Origin: Defluviitaleaceae bacterium
GTDB taxonomy: Bacteria > Bacillota > Clostridia > Lachnospirales > WRAX01
Assembly: GCA_009784575.1 (NCBI GenBank)
Contig: WRBK01000005.1
Location: 37,457-101,456 of the forward strand
DNA: 64,000 nucleotides
Direction: 5' to 3'
A program made the translations under genes and the position numbers. Shown piece by piece: positions 47,976 through 58,389 of this stretch (positions within the stretch are counted from its first letter, which is position 1; each line of letters starts with the position of its first letter). The notes below the pieces were generated by a model. The model did no database searches. It saw only the letters and a program-made list of their open reading frames with translations, and had not been told where the DNA came from.

Positions 47976-48098
47976 TAATAAACCTTAATAGGGGCGGCTA
48001 AATACCGCCCTTTTTTAATTGGGCTTGACTTTCTTGTCATATTAATGTAATATAAGACTGTTATGACTTTGATGCAAAAATTGCAGTGGAGTGACATT

Positions 48099-48763
48099 AT
48101 GAATATAGCAAATAATATTTTAAAATACAGCCTGCAAAACGTGTTTTTTCTAGTGAGGACTGCTTGTGGCGGAAAGACTACTATGGCGAATGAGCTGTCT
48201 AAGAAATGCGGGTTTGTTCACTTTAACGATAATTGGAATGAGGATAATTTTAAAGTGTGGGGTCAATCATTACCGAAAAATATCAACCTAGCTCTACCAA
48301 AAGGAGACAAATAGATTGGGAAGAATATTTTAGTAGGTCTGTTGAGGAATTTTTGGCAGACAAAAATGATAACCACGGAACGAATGAGCAGTTGGAGTTT
48401 TCGATTATTGAGCTTGCAAAGTTGTCGCAAAATAATAAGGTGATAGCTGATATTTGGATTGAAGACTGGGACTTGCTAATGGAAATTTCATGCAATAGCA
48501 GAATCGCTTGTTTGTTAGCTCCAGCAGAAATAATTATTCGTGACTATTATCAACGTGAAGACCACAAAGACTTTACTGATTGCATACAATCGCTAAAAGA
48601 CCCCGAAAAGAAATTCGAGACCCAGAATGAACTTTTTAGCATAGGTGCAAAAGAAATGGCTGAAAGGGCTAAGAAATATGATTTGTTTAGCATAATGCGT
48701 AATGACGAAAGCACAGTTGAGGACACCTTGATGATGCTAGAAAAGCATTTTTGTTTGGAATAG
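48099..48763 (+). pseudogene. P-loop NTPase/kinase-like gene disrupted by a frameshift in a G-run
   Basis: ORFs 48063-48314 and 48257-48763 overlap in different frames. Adding one G to GGGG (48259-48262) joins ...NWNEDNFKVWG to SIITEKYQPSSTKRRQIDWEEYF. P-loop: TACGGKTT. Confidence 0.6.
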
Positions 48764-48792
48764 ACATGTTACAGAAAGAAGGGACACGATAT

Positions 48793-50202
48793 ATGAGAAC
48801 AAGATTTGCGCCGTCACCGACGGGATATATGCATTTGGGCAACTTGCGTTCCGCGCTTTTTGGTTATTTGCTAGCGCGCAAGATGGGCGGCACTTTTGTG
48901 TTGCGTATAGAAGATACCGACCAAGGACGTTTGGTAGTGGATGCCATGGATAAAATTTATGAGACTTTGCATACAGTGGGTATTACATACGACGAGGGTC
49001 CCGATGTAGGTGGTGGCTATGGTCCATATGTGCAAAGCGAACGCAAGAGCAACTACATTGAGTATGCTAAAGAGCTAGTAGCAAAGGGCGCGGCATATTA
49101 CTGTTTTTGTGATAAAGCTCGGCTTGAAGGTCTGGAAGACTACGACCGCCATTGCTACAATTTAGCTGCCGACGAGGTTGAAAAAATGCTAGACGATGGC
49201 ATACCATATGTTATACGTCAACTAATTCCCCAAGGTCAAACCACCTTTGCGGACGAGGTTTTCGGTGAAATTACCGTTGAAAATGAGGAGCTAGAAGACC
49301 AAGTTCTTATAAAATCTGATGGTATGCCGACCTATAATTTTGCAAATGTGGTGGATGACCATTTAATGGCTATCACTCATGTTATGCGTGGTAGCGAATA
49401 TCTTACCAGCACACCGAAATATAATCTGCTATATCAAGCACTAGGCTGGGAAATTCCAACATATGTTCATCTGCCTCTTATTTTGAGTGCGAATGGCGGC
49501 AAACTTTCCAAACGTCATGGCGATGCCTTTTTTGAAGATTTCTTAGACAAAGGATTCTTGCCTGAAGCCATCGTGAATTATGTGATTTTGCTAGGCTGGA
49601 GTCCGCCTGATAACCGCGAAATATATAGTCTAAAAGAGCTAGAGCAAATTTTTAGCGCAGAGGCCATAAGCAAGTCGCCGTCTACATTTGACATATCCAA
49701 GTTAAGGTGGGTTAATGGCGAATATTTAAAGGCAATGGATTTTGATAAATTCTATGGTCTAGCCGAAAATCATTTGATAGATGCCATTAAAAAACCTGAT
49801 GCGGATAGGGTGGCACTGGCCAAAATGGTACAAAGCCGTATAGCTACGCTGGGTGAAATCTCAGAAGCACTGGACTTTATAGACAATTTGCCACAATATA
49901 GCACAGAACTATATATTCACAAAAAATCGAAATGTGATGAAACCATAGCGAAAGATGTACTTGCAAAAATTGCACCAGAACTAGCTAAAATTGATAAAAA
50001 CAATTGGAATAACCAATATTTATATAAATTCATGACCGACTTTGCGGAGGTCAATGAGTTAAAAAATTCTCAGGTATTATGGCCATTGCGCACCGCGCTT
50101 TCTGGCAAACCAGCTACACCAGGCGGCGCATCAGATTTATTAGCAATTCTTGGCAGACAAGAGAGCATAACGCGCATAGAAACCGCATTAGCTAAACTAT
50201 AA
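48793..50202 (+). CDS. gltX: glutamate--tRNA ligase
   Basis: MRTRFAPSPTGYMHLGNLRSALF (HIGH) and KLSKRHG (KMSKS). Start set at ATG 48793. Confidence 0.95.
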   Translation: MRTRFAPSPTGYMHLGNLRSALFGYLLARKMGGTFVLRIEDTDQGRLVVDAMDKIYETLHTVGITYDEGPDVGGGYGPYVQSERKSNYIEYAKELVAKGAAYYCFCDKARLEGLEDYDRHCYNLAADEVEKMLDDGIPYVIRQLIPQGQTTFADEVFGEITVENEELEDQVLIKSDGMPTYNFANVVDDHLMAITHVMRGSEYLTSTPKYNLLYQALGWEIPTYVHLPLILSANGGKLSKRHGDAFFEDFLDKGFLPEAIVNYVILLGWSPPDNREIYSLKELEQIFSAEAISKSPSTFDISKLRWVNGEYLKAMDFDKFYGLAENHLIDAIKKPDADRVALAKMVQSRIATLGEISEALDFIDNLPQYSTELYIHKKSKCDETIAKDVLAKIAPELAKIDKNNWNNQYLYKFMTDFAEVNELKNSQVLWPLRTALSGKPATPGGASDLLAILGRQESITRIETALAKL

Positions 50203-50219
50203 ACCACGGAGGTAAACCC

Positions 50220-51158
50220 ATGGCAGAACATATAAACAAGATGCTAACAGATGTTATTGATAATGTGGAAAAGGTAATAATAGGTAAGCGAGAGGCTATA
50301 GAGCTTGCGCTGTGTTCATTTTTGTGTGCGGGGCATGTGCTTATAGAAGATATGCCTGGTGTGGGCAAAACAAGCCTTGTATCGGCTATGGCAAAGTCCT
50401 TTGATTGTAGTTTTAGGCGTATACAGTTTACGCCAGATATCTTGCCTTCTGACATCACTGGCTTTTCTATGTACAATCAAAAAACAGGCGAGTTTGACTA
50501 TCACCAAGGTGCTGTAATGTCGCAAATCATCTTGGCGGATGAGATAAACCGCACATCGCCGAAAACGCAGTCCAGCCTCCTTGAGGTTATGGAAGAAAAC
50601 CAAGTGACTGTTGATGGCCAAACATATGTTGTACCACAGCCTTTTATCGTTTTTGCTACACAAAATCCTATAGAATATCTAGGTACATATCCTTTGCCAG
50701 AAGCCCAGCTAGACCGCTTTTTCATGCGCATATCGCTTGGCTACCCTGAAGCGGAAGAGGAAAGCAAGATGCTTTCTCGCTTCAAAGAAGCAAGTCCTAT
50801 GAAAAGCCTACAGGCTGTGGCAAATGCCGAGGGTTTGGTAGAAGCGCAAGAAATGGTAGCGAAAATTCATGTGGATGAAAAGATTAACCATTATATAGTG
50901 GCGATTGTACGTGCCACGAGAAATAGCGAAGATGTTGCGCTGGGTGGTAGCCCGAGAGCTTCGTTATGCCTATACCGCGCGGCGCAAGCATGGGCATTGT
51001 ATAATGGGCGCGACTATGTGCTGCCTGATGATGTTATAAAAATGGCTGTGCCTGTTATGGAACATAGATTGGTGCTGAAGCAAGAAGCCAGGCTAAAGCG
51101 ACTAACCACCAAAGACGTAGTTGGTGCGGCTGTAAAGTCTGTGCGTACACCTATTTAG
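50220..51158 (+). CDS. MoxR-like AAA+ ATPase
   Basis: 312 aa with LIEDMPGVGKT, ILADEINRTSPKTQSSLLEVMEE, and the AAA_3 pattern. Confidence 0.9.
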   Translation: MAEHINKMLTDVIDNVEKVIIGKREAIELALCSFLCAGHVLIEDMPGVGKTSLVSAMAKSFDCSFRRIQFTPDILPSDITGFSMYNQKTGEFDYHQGAVMSQIILADEINRTSPKTQSSLLEVMEENQVTVDGQTYVVPQPFIVFATQNPIEYLGTYPLPEAQLDRFFMRISLGYPEAEEESKMLSRFKEASPMKSLQAVANAEGLVEAQEMVAKIHVDEKINHYIVAIVRATRNSEDVALGGSPRASLCLYRAAQAWALYNGRDYVLPDDVIKMAVPVMEHRLVLKQEARLKRLTTKDVVGAAVKSVRTPI

Positions 51159-51197
51159 TGTTAGCAAGTAAAGAAAAAGAAGCGCAAGAGGTAATAT

Positions 51198-52358
51198 ATG
51201 CTAAAAAACCGCTTAACATATGGGGTTGTGCTAACTGTACTAATCCTGCTTATATTTTTATATGAAGATGGCATAACATATATGGCTCTTTATACTGCCT
51301 TAGCCTTGCCGATACTCTCTTTCGCGCTAACGGCTCTTTCGCGCCGCCGTTTTTCTGTGGAGGAACGCCTAACGCAGGACAATATCATTAAAGGCGAAAC
51401 AGTGCAGTATGTTTTCAATGTCACAAACCATAGCTTTTTGCCATACACATCTGTACGTGTACGGTTTAAGGCCAACTCCAGTGCCGTAACTGCGGATTTT
51501 GCCGATAAATTCTTCTCCATTGGACCATATAAGAATCACGAAATCATATTTAATATATCTGCAAAATATCGTGGGAACTATGAAATTGGCGTGCTAAATA
51601 TTACTGTCTTTGATTTTCTTGGGCTTTTTCGTTTTGAGCAAAAGCATGACCGTGCTTTTATGCTAACTGTACGTCCTAGGGTTCTTGATTTGACAGAACT
51701 GCCGCTATCAAAAACAGAAAGCGGCGCAGAAAATGTAAAAAACTTTATGGCAGAAGAAGACTATGCCATTATCTCTGACCTTAGAAAATATCAACCATCC
51801 GATGGTTACAAAAAAATTCATTGGAAAGCATCAGCTAAGAAAAACGAGCTTGTTAGCAAAAATTACCAAAATACTAAACGCAATTCTGTTGTGTTGCTTT
51901 TAGATAATTCTATGCCAATAGGTGATAAAAAGGACGAAATGGTCGCTATGGCAATGGAAGACCTTATTATGGAGGCGTATGTATCCACGCTTTCGTATGG
52001 TACAAGGCATATGTACGCATGTTCATTATACTATATGGGTGATGAGCAAAACGAAGGTGCTTCTGGTAACTTTGACTATCTATACGCTATAGCTGCAAAA
52101 ATAGACTTTGTGCCGCGTGGTGCTTTTGGTGCTTATCTGTCGGCATATTCCAAAATGCAAGCAAATGCGGACAATATACTCATCTTTGCTCAGGAGATAA
52201 CGGACACGCTTTTTGCTACAGTACAGACCCTAAGCCACTTTGGCAGCATTGTATCGGTGTTTTATTTCAAAGACCTTAACGAAGAAGAATTTAAAAGAGT
52301 TGCTCGCTTGGCGGATATGGGTATCGATGCTATAGATTTTAGGAAAATATTTGCGTAG
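51198..52358 (+). CDS. DUF58 domain-containing protein
   Basis: 386 aa with 2 N-terminal TMs and ISDLRKYQPSDGYKKIHWKASAKK, the DUF58 signature. Confidence 0.85.
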   Translation: MLKNRLTYGVVLTVLILLIFLYEDGITYMALYTALALPILSFALTALSRRRFSVEERLTQDNIIKGETVQYVFNVTNHSFLPYTSVRVRFKANSSAVTADFADKFFSIGPYKNHEIIFNISAKYRGNYEIGVLNITVFDFLGLFRFEQKHDRAFMLTVRPRVLDLTELPLSKTESGAENVKNFMAEEDYAIISDLRKYQPSDGYKKIHWKASAKKNELVSKNYQNTKRNSVVLLLDNSMPIGDKKDEMVAMAMEDLIMEAYVSTLSYGTRHMYACSLYYMGDEQNEGASGNFDYLYAIAAKIDFVPRGAFGAYLSAYSKMQANADNILIFAQEITDTLFATVQTLSHFGSIVSVFYFKDLNEEEFKRVARLADMGIDAIDFRKIFA

Positions 52359-52364
52359 GAAGCC

Positions 52365-52628
52365 ATGGGGACTTTGCTTATGAGGCAAAAACTTACCAAG
52401 AAGGATTTGAAGACCATAGATGAAATGATAGGTTTTGTGAGAGACGAAAATATCCTTTACGTAAGTAAATTATGGGAGTATGCAGAAAAGAAACGCCCTG
52501 ATGATTGGTTTGTTTCTTTGAGAAATAGAAATGGCTATCGGTGCATGAAAGCATATATTAATTCGCGAAGATATTCAAAATATGGTAACGTGGGTCGTCC
52601 AAGAAAGATGTTACACGAAGAGAATTGA
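52365..52628 (+). CDS. hypothetical basic 87-aa protein inserted between the DUF58 and transglutaminase genes
   Basis: MGTLLMRQKLTKKDLKTIDEMIGF...NSRRYSKYGNVGRPRKMLHEEN. AT-rich and Lys/Arg-rich. No function recognised. Confidence 0.4.
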   Translation: MGTLLMRQKLTKKDLKTIDEMIGFVRDENILYVSKLWEYAEKKRPDDWFVSLRNRNGYRCMKAYINSRRYSKYGNVGRPRKMLHEEN

Positions 52629-52645
52629 TGCAGGAGGGGATTAAC

Positions 52646-55339
52646 TTGTCCAATTTTACAAACACAAAAAGCGGCTTATTTTCGCGTTTTACACGGATAG
52701 ATACGGTATTTTTACTTGTTGTAGGAACGCTGCTTGTATGGAGCTTGTCCATGGCTGTTATAGCAGGTACATATCTGGCGTTTGACCCTCTTGGCACATT
52801 AATGCGCGTGTTCTTTGTAATGATTATTTTACGCCTTATCTTTTTAAACAAATCTTCACTTATTTTCGCTGGAGCTGTTATTGCTGTTGCTGGGCTTATT
52901 TTACTAGTAGATATGGTGTTGGCTTCATCTGCCGCACCTGTAATTGATGATGCACATGCCTATTTATATCACGAAGCCTTCACTCCACGCTATTCCATGA
53001 TTTCAGAATTTTCGAGCTTCATACAAGGCACGATAGGTTTTGTTACGGGCTTTGAGCTATATACAGCCGCTTATGACTCTGCCATTCAATGGGCTTTAAT
53101 AATCGGTCTGTCCATATTTGTTTTTGTATTTGGCTTCTTTTGGTTTAACTTCTTTGCAATTTTGACCACTACATTACTTTTTGGATTGATGCTAAATACA
53201 GGCTTCTTCTTCTACACAATTTCGTTTTATGTATTTATATTCTGCTTGATTTCGTATCTTATTCGCCATCTAAATTTGCGCAGCATGGGCAAAGAACATA
53301 AATATTCTCCATTTTCGCTTTATGCTTTGCCGCTTACGGCTGTATGTTTGGCTATAGCTATAGCTTTGCCTGCCCCTGCATCTGGTGCGGGTGCGCAGTT
53401 TGTAGAAAACTTTATCCGTCAGCCTTTTGCAAATGCAAACAATTTCTTCCAATCCGCCTTTCATCCGCGCCACTTTAGCTTGGCGCATACGGGCTTTGGC
53501 ATGGGCAACACGCGTCATCTCGGCGGCAATGTTACGGCAAACTACGACACTTTTATGCGAGTGAACCACCAAGGACCACTATACCTCACAGGCAATGTCT
53601 TTGATACATACACGGGCTTTTCTTGGATAAATAGCGACCGTGAATTTTCATATGAGCTAGATTTTACCCAAATGATACCAAATATTGAAGCCTTTGAGAG
53701 ACTAACAAGCCCGCTTACTATGAATATTGACAGTGAGTACTTTAGTTTTTTTGATAGATATAATTACGCCATGGAGCATAGAGACCGCGATACTACAGTG
53801 CGCATGATTCATCAAGAGGGTGCTGTTGCTCATATATGGCATGTGCATTTACCTCAGCTTAACCTACCAGAGACGATTGTGGCAGAAGCAACCGAGATAC
53901 AGTTAGAAGAGCGCAGACTGCTTGTAGAGCATGATATGCGCAAACTCACGGTATTTACAACAGGCTTGGTATCTAATGTTGTGCCGCCTAATGAATACAC
54001 AACTTTTATACGTGATTTTAACGGCTCTGTGCAGTCTGACATACTTCTGGAGCGTGGCGCACGCTATGAAATCTTTTATGCGAATCTGCCAGAAGAGATA
54101 AACCATGCCGCGCTTTTGGCGGCTAGCCGCCCTGGCTTGTTTATGGATGTTTATAATCGCCTATGGGAGGAGCGGCTAGAAAATGGCTTTGATGACCCGT
54201 TATTGTTTACCCATAACGGCATACAAATACCGTATCAAGAGCTGGTTTGGAACTATCTGATAGGTCGTGCAGCAAACATACAAGAGGTTTATACCACATT
54301 GCCAAGCCATTTCCCAGAAAGAATAAGAGAGTTAGCTCGTAATGTTGTGGATACGTCAGATGCTGCTACAAGCCTAGAAAAAGCAGTGGTACTTGAAGAC
54401 TTTTTGCGTAGCAGCTTTGGATATAATCTTTCGCCAGGCAATACGCCTATGGACAGGGATTTTGTAGACCATTTCCTTTTTGACCTACAAATGGGCTATT
54501 GCACACATTTCGCATCGACTTTCGTTATTATGGCCCGCTCTTTGGGTTTGCCAACGCGATATGTTGAAGGCTTTATTGTTAGTGGTGATGCAGATGCAGA
54601 TGGATATTTAACGGTTATAAACCGTCAAGGTCATGCATGGGCAGAGGTGTATTTTGAGGGCTTTGGCTGGCATCGCTTTGACCCTACGCCGCCAGAAGCT
54701 ATTTTCACATGGCCAGAAGCAACAAGTGCCGACCCTTTTTATGATGATTGGTACGATGTAGCTCAGTTGATGGATTGGTCAGATAGCGGCAATTGGGAGG
54801 GTCTTTGGGGCGGTGATGATTTGGATGACTATTTTATATATGGTCATATGCCTGCCGCAGTACAAATGCAAACAGGCGATGCTGCAAATGCGGGTATAAA
54901 TTTATCTATCACCCAAATCTTTATATGGTCTTTAATAATAACATCATCACTTGCCATAGCCTTGATGGTTTCGCGCGTAATTTATTATGAAACAAAAAAA
55001 TTATCCGCTACCAACAAACCTAGTAATAATGAGGCAGCGGTAGCTTATTACCGACAAATACTGCGCTATATGTGTCTGTTTGACTACGAAATAGAACCGC
55101 ACGAAACCGCAGTAACTTTTGGGCGGCGTGTACGCAACAAAATAACCTTTGATAACGAGAAAATTTTGATGGCAGACCTATCGCAAATTTTCTCCCGCGC
55201 ACATTATGGACATGATGAGATAAGTGATGACGAAAGAAAGCTAATGGTCGTTGCTATCAAGAGCCTAGATAGAAGGCTTTGGAGCTATATGGGTGCCAGG
55301 AGATATATATTGTATAAATATATTATGTGTATAGTATAG
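52646..55339 (+). CDS. transglutaminase-like domain membrane protein (YebA-like)
   Basis: Many N-terminal TMs. TGase core GYCTHFASTFVIMARSLGLPTRYVEGF...GHAWAEVYFEGFGWHRFDPTP. The likely start is TTG 52646 after AGGAGGGG; the ORF opens at 52625. Confidence 0.88.
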   Translation: MSNFTNTKSGLFSRFTRIDTVFLLVVGTLLVWSLSMAVIAGTYLAFDPLGTLMRVFFVMIILRLIFLNKSSLIFAGAVIAVAGLILLVDMVLASSAAPVIDDAHAYLYHEAFTPRYSMISEFSSFIQGTIGFVTGFELYTAAYDSAIQWALIIGLSIFVFVFGFFWFNFFAILTTTLLFGLMLNTGFFFYTISFYVFIFCLISYLIRHLNLRSMGKEHKYSPFSLYALPLTAVCLAIAIALPAPASGAGAQFVENFIRQPFANANNFFQSAFHPRHFSLAHTGFGMGNTRHLGGNVTANYDTFMRVNHQGPLYLTGNVFDTYTGFSWINSDREFSYELDFTQMIPNIEAFERLTSPLTMNIDSEYFSFFDRYNYAMEHRDRDTTVRMIHQEGAVAHIWHVHLPQLNLPETIVAEATEIQLEERRLLVEHDMRKLTVFTTGLVSNVVPPNEYTTFIRDFNGSVQSDILLERGARYEIFYANLPEEINHAALLAASRPGLFMDVYNRLWEERLENGFDDPLLFTHNGIQIPYQELVWNYLIGRAANIQEVYTTLPSHFPERIRELARNVVDTSDAATSLEKAVVLEDFLRSSFGYNLSPGNTPMDRDFVDHFLFDLQMGYCTHFASTFVIMARSLGLPTRYVEGFIVSGDADADGYLTVINRQGHAWAEVYFEGFGWHRFDPTPPEAIFTWPEATSADPFYDDWYDVAQLMDWSDSGNWEGLWGGDDLDDYFIYGHMPAAVQMQTGDAANAGINLSITQIFIWSLIITSSLAIALMVSRVIYYETKKLSATNKPSNNEAAVAYYRQILRYMCLFDYEIEPHETAVTFGRRVRNKITFDNEKILMADLSQIFSRAHYGHDEISDDERKLMVVAIKSLDRRLWSYMGARRYILYKYIMCIV

Positions 55340-55349
55340 GAGGGCTAAT

Positions 55350-55739
55350 ATGAGCAAAGGTGACATTAAGGGATTGGCGCATATAGGCATATTCGTTAAA
55401 GATATTGATGCCTCCATAGATTTTTATCAGCGGCTAGGTTTTACGCTAGATAAAATAGAGAGCATTCATATTCGCCTTGCATTTTTAAGTGCGGGCACAT
55501 GCCTGATAGAGTTGGTAGAACAAAAGGACTTACCACCGCGCACAACAGGGCCTGTGGACCATTTTGCTGTAATTGTGGATGATATAGAAGCTGCCATAGC
55601 TTGCGCAAAAGACAAAGGCATAGACATAGATGCTTCCGAGGTTAAGAGTTTGGACATTTTAGGCGGCATAAAAAATGTCTTTTTTGAAGGACCTGACGGC
55701 GAAAGAATTGAGTTTGTGGAATATCCGAGCAAGGAGTGA
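55350..55739 (+). CDS. VOC (glyoxalase/bleomycin-resistance/dioxygenase) family protein
   Basis: 129 aa with GLAHIGIFVKDIDASIDFYQRLGF...DHFAVIVDDIEAA. Confidence 0.85.
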   Translation: MSKGDIKGLAHIGIFVKDIDASIDFYQRLGFTLDKIESIHIRLAFLSAGTCLIELVEQKDLPPRTTGPVDHFAVIVDDIEAAIACAKDKGIDIDASEVKSLDILGGIKNVFFEGPDGERIEFVEYPSKE

Positions 55740-56645
55740 ATGCCGATGAATATAATCACAAACGATAAATCCATATACGCTATGAGTGCCGCTAATGCGC
55801 CTGTTTTAACGGTGTTGGCTGGTAGCCGCGTTATTTTTGAGACAAAGGACTGCTTTGGCGGACAAATAACATGCGAAACAGATGCTTTTGACGGCTTGGA
55901 TTGGGGGCGCATAAATCCCGCAACAGGTCCTCTTTATGTAGAAGGTGCAGAGATTGGGGATATTTTGTCTGTTACCATAGAGAAAATTGAGATAGCTGAC
56001 AAAGGTGTAGTAGCTTGTGGTCAAGACATGGGTACTTTGGGACATTTGTTTGACCAAAACCATATAAAAATTTTGTCCATTGTGGAGGATAAGGTTATTT
56101 TTTCGGATGACATCTCATTTCCGATAAATAAAATGGTTGGCGTTATAGGCACTGCTCCTGCGGTCAGTGAAGGCGAAATTTCTTGCGGTACGCCATGTTT
56201 GCATGGAGGTAATCTGGACTGCAAAAAGATTACAGAGGGTGCAACATTGCTTTTGCCCGTAAATGTATCTGGCGCACTTCTGGCTATGGGCGATTTGCAC
56301 GCAGCCATGGGAGATGGTGAAATCGGCGTTAGTGGGCTAGAAGTAGCAGGGCGTGTCACTGTGACTGTAGATGTAATAAAGGGTAAAAAACTGCAAACAC
56401 CTATGATTTTTGATGATACACATATAATGACAATTGCTTCCCATGAAGACTTGGACATGGCTGTAGACATAGCAACAGAAAGTATGGTAAAGTATCTAAT
56501 GGAAGAAAAAGGCATGACACTGGCGGATGCTACCATGCTAATATCACTAGCGGGTAATGTGTGCATTTGCCAAGTAGTAGACCCGAAAAAGACTATACGA
56601 GTAGAGGTTAAAAATTGCTATGGAAAAAATAAAAAAGCTACCTAG
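55740..56645 (+). CDS. acetamidase/formamidase family protein
   Basis: 301 aa with NPATGPLYVEGAEIGDILSVTIEKIEI...GGNLDCKKI...GDLHAAMGDGEI. The start codon follows the VOC stop directly. Confidence 0.85.
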   Translation: MPMNIITNDKSIYAMSAANAPVLTVLAGSRVIFETKDCFGGQITCETDAFDGLDWGRINPATGPLYVEGAEIGDILSVTIEKIEIADKGVVACGQDMGTLGHLFDQNHIKILSIVEDKVIFSDDISFPINKMVGVIGTAPAVSEGEISCGTPCLHGGNLDCKKITEGATLLLPVNVSGALLAMGDLHAAMGDGEIGVSGLEVAGRVTVTVDVIKGKKLQTPMIFDDTHIMTIASHEDLDMAVDIATESMVKYLMEEKGMTLADATMLISLAGNVCICQVVDPKKTIRVEVKNCYGKNKKAT

Positions 56646-57267
56646 CTATACGCTAGGCGAAGAAATAGGCAATTCTGTTAGCCATGGTGCTATGGCTTTG
56701 GCGGCACTTGGTGGCATATCTCCTGCGGCTATACATGCCTTTTTGCGACATGGCGCGCTGGGCGCTGTTAGTGTTACTATTTTTATGTGTTCGCTTTTTT
56801 TGATGTTTCTGTCGTCTTGCTTGTATCATAGCATGAAGGTGGACACACGCCAGCGTCAGGTGCTACAAATTTTAGACCATATATTCATTTATGTAGCCAT
56901 TGCGGGTACGTATACACCTATTGCCCTCGTTGTTATTGGTGGGTGGCAGGGCATTGTGGTTGCTTCATTGCAATGGGTCATGGTTATTTTCGGTGTGTTA
57001 TATAAGTCCATATCAAGGCGAAGAATACCAAAAGTATCGCTCACTATATATCTTATCATGGGTTGGTCTATTATCTTTGTGGCTCCCATGTTTATTAGCA
57101 ATGCTAGCCTAGGTATGCAGTTGCTTATCCTTGGCGGAGGTGTATTTTATTCTGCTGGCACATATTTTTATGCAAAAAAAGACAAGCGGTTTTTCCATAT
57201 GGTATGGCATTTCTTTGTAGGGCTGGGTGCCGTGTGTCATTTCCTTGGTATTTTAATATTTTTGTAG
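56620..57267 (+). CDS. hemolysin III/PAQR family membrane protein
   Basis: 215 aa, 7 TMs, with NSVSHG, SCLYHS and DHIFIYVAIAGTYTP. Overlaps the formamidase gene by 26 nt. Confidence 0.88.
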   Translation: MEKIKKLPSYTLGEEIGNSVSHGAMALAALGGISPAAIHAFLRHGALGAVSVTIFMCSLFLMFLSSCLYHSMKVDTRQRQVLQILDHIFIYVAIAGTYTPIALVVIGGWQGIVVASLQWVMVIFGVLYKSISRRRIPKVSLTIYLIMGWSIIFVAPMFISNASLGMQLLILGGGVFYSAGTYFYAKKDKRFFHMVWHFFVGLGAVCHFLGILIFL

Positions 57268-57279
57268 GGGGCGTACAAT

Positions 57280-58389
57280 ATGCAAGATTTTACAATAAGA
57301 CCCATGAGGGCGGAAGAGCTAGACGATATTGCGAGCCTAATTTCTTGGGGATATTATGACGATATATTCTTTAAATGGGTGGTAGAAAGCGACGAAGACC
57401 GTCACCCTATTGTAACTGATTATTACAAGGTATATCTTGGCGCAAAGGGTAGCGTTGTTAATGTGGTGGAGCGTGCAGACGGCGAGATAATGGGTGCATC
57501 TGTATGGCTACCACACGATGTGGACACCAAGATATACGATGATATAGATGCGGTAGCGGGCATATATGCTAAAAATTTCCGTGCTGTGGCAGATTGGTCG
57601 CACCTTAGCGAACCGCCAATGAAGCCGTTTTATCAGCTTGTAGGCTTTGTTATCAACGAACAGGCAAAAGGTGCAGGGCTTGGTGTTAAGCTGCTGGGGC
57701 ATAATTTGGATATGTTTGATAATATGGGCATACCTACATATTTAGAAGCAAGCACACCATATCATGGAGGTGGGGTATATGGCAAATTTGGCTATCAGCC
57801 CGTAGGTGAGCTTATGCATTTTTCTGATACGGCTGTGCTTTATCCACTATGGAGACCAGCGCAGAAGAAAAAAGTTGTGAGATTTGGTGGCTATAGTTGG
57901 TATGTTTTGGAGGGATATGGTAAATACCTGTTCCTATTATCTGAAAAGGTAATAGAGCATGGAAAGTATCACGATGTCTTTGAGGAAATTTTTCATAGTA
58001 AAGCTTCTGTACATAAATACTTAAATAACGAATTTTTTAATCGCTTCAAGCCAGAGGAACGAGAACAGATACGGAGTGATAAAATCTCCCTGCTTGATGT
58101 GGAGGAAGTGATTAAGTATTTTGGCGACAGCGGTCGGCGGTGGCATCCTGAGACAAATTTTTATATCGATGACATTTATAATAACGCCCGCAAAGCAACC
58201 ATGCTTGATGGCTCGCCGTCACGCTGGTTTTTGGACGACTTAGGAAGTATGAAAAACATGGTCGCCGTGGTTACAGTTGACGGACGCATTTGCTTGTCAG
58301 GTGATTTTGTAAACCGCGAAAGCACAGAGCTTTTTAATGTAGGCATTCGACCTGCTATGTGGGTGAAAAAAGAGGCGGTGTCAGAATGA
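57280..58389 (+). CDS. GNAT N-acetyltransferase fused to a C-terminal domain of unknown function
   Basis: 369 aa. The N-terminal about 195 aa are GNAT-like (QLVGFVINEQAKGAGLGVKLLGHNL). The C-terminal about 170 aa begin VVRFGGYSWYVLEGYGKYLFLLSEKVIEHGKYH. Confidence 0.7.
   Translation: MQDFTIRPMRAEELDDIASLISWGYYDDIFFKWVVESDEDRHPIVTDYYKVYLGAKGSVVNVVERADGEIMGASVWLPHDVDTKIYDDIDAVAGIYAKNFRAVADWSHLSEPPMKPFYQLVGFVINEQAKGAGLGVKLLGHNLDMFDNMGIPTYLEASTPYHGGGVYGKFGYQPVGELMHFSDTAVLYPLWRPAQKKKVVRFGGYSWYVLEGYGKYLFLLSEKVIEHGKYHDVFEEIFHSKASVHKYLNNEFFNRFKPEEREQIRSDKISLLDVEEVIKYFGDSGRRWHPETNFYIDDIYNNARKATMLDGSPSRWFLDDLGSMKNMVAVVTVDGRICLSGDFVNRESTELFNVGIRPAMWVKKEAVSE

Noticed and set aside
56021-56566. 181-aa minus-strand ORF.
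   Set aside because: It is an antisense shadow within the acetamidase/formamidase gene.
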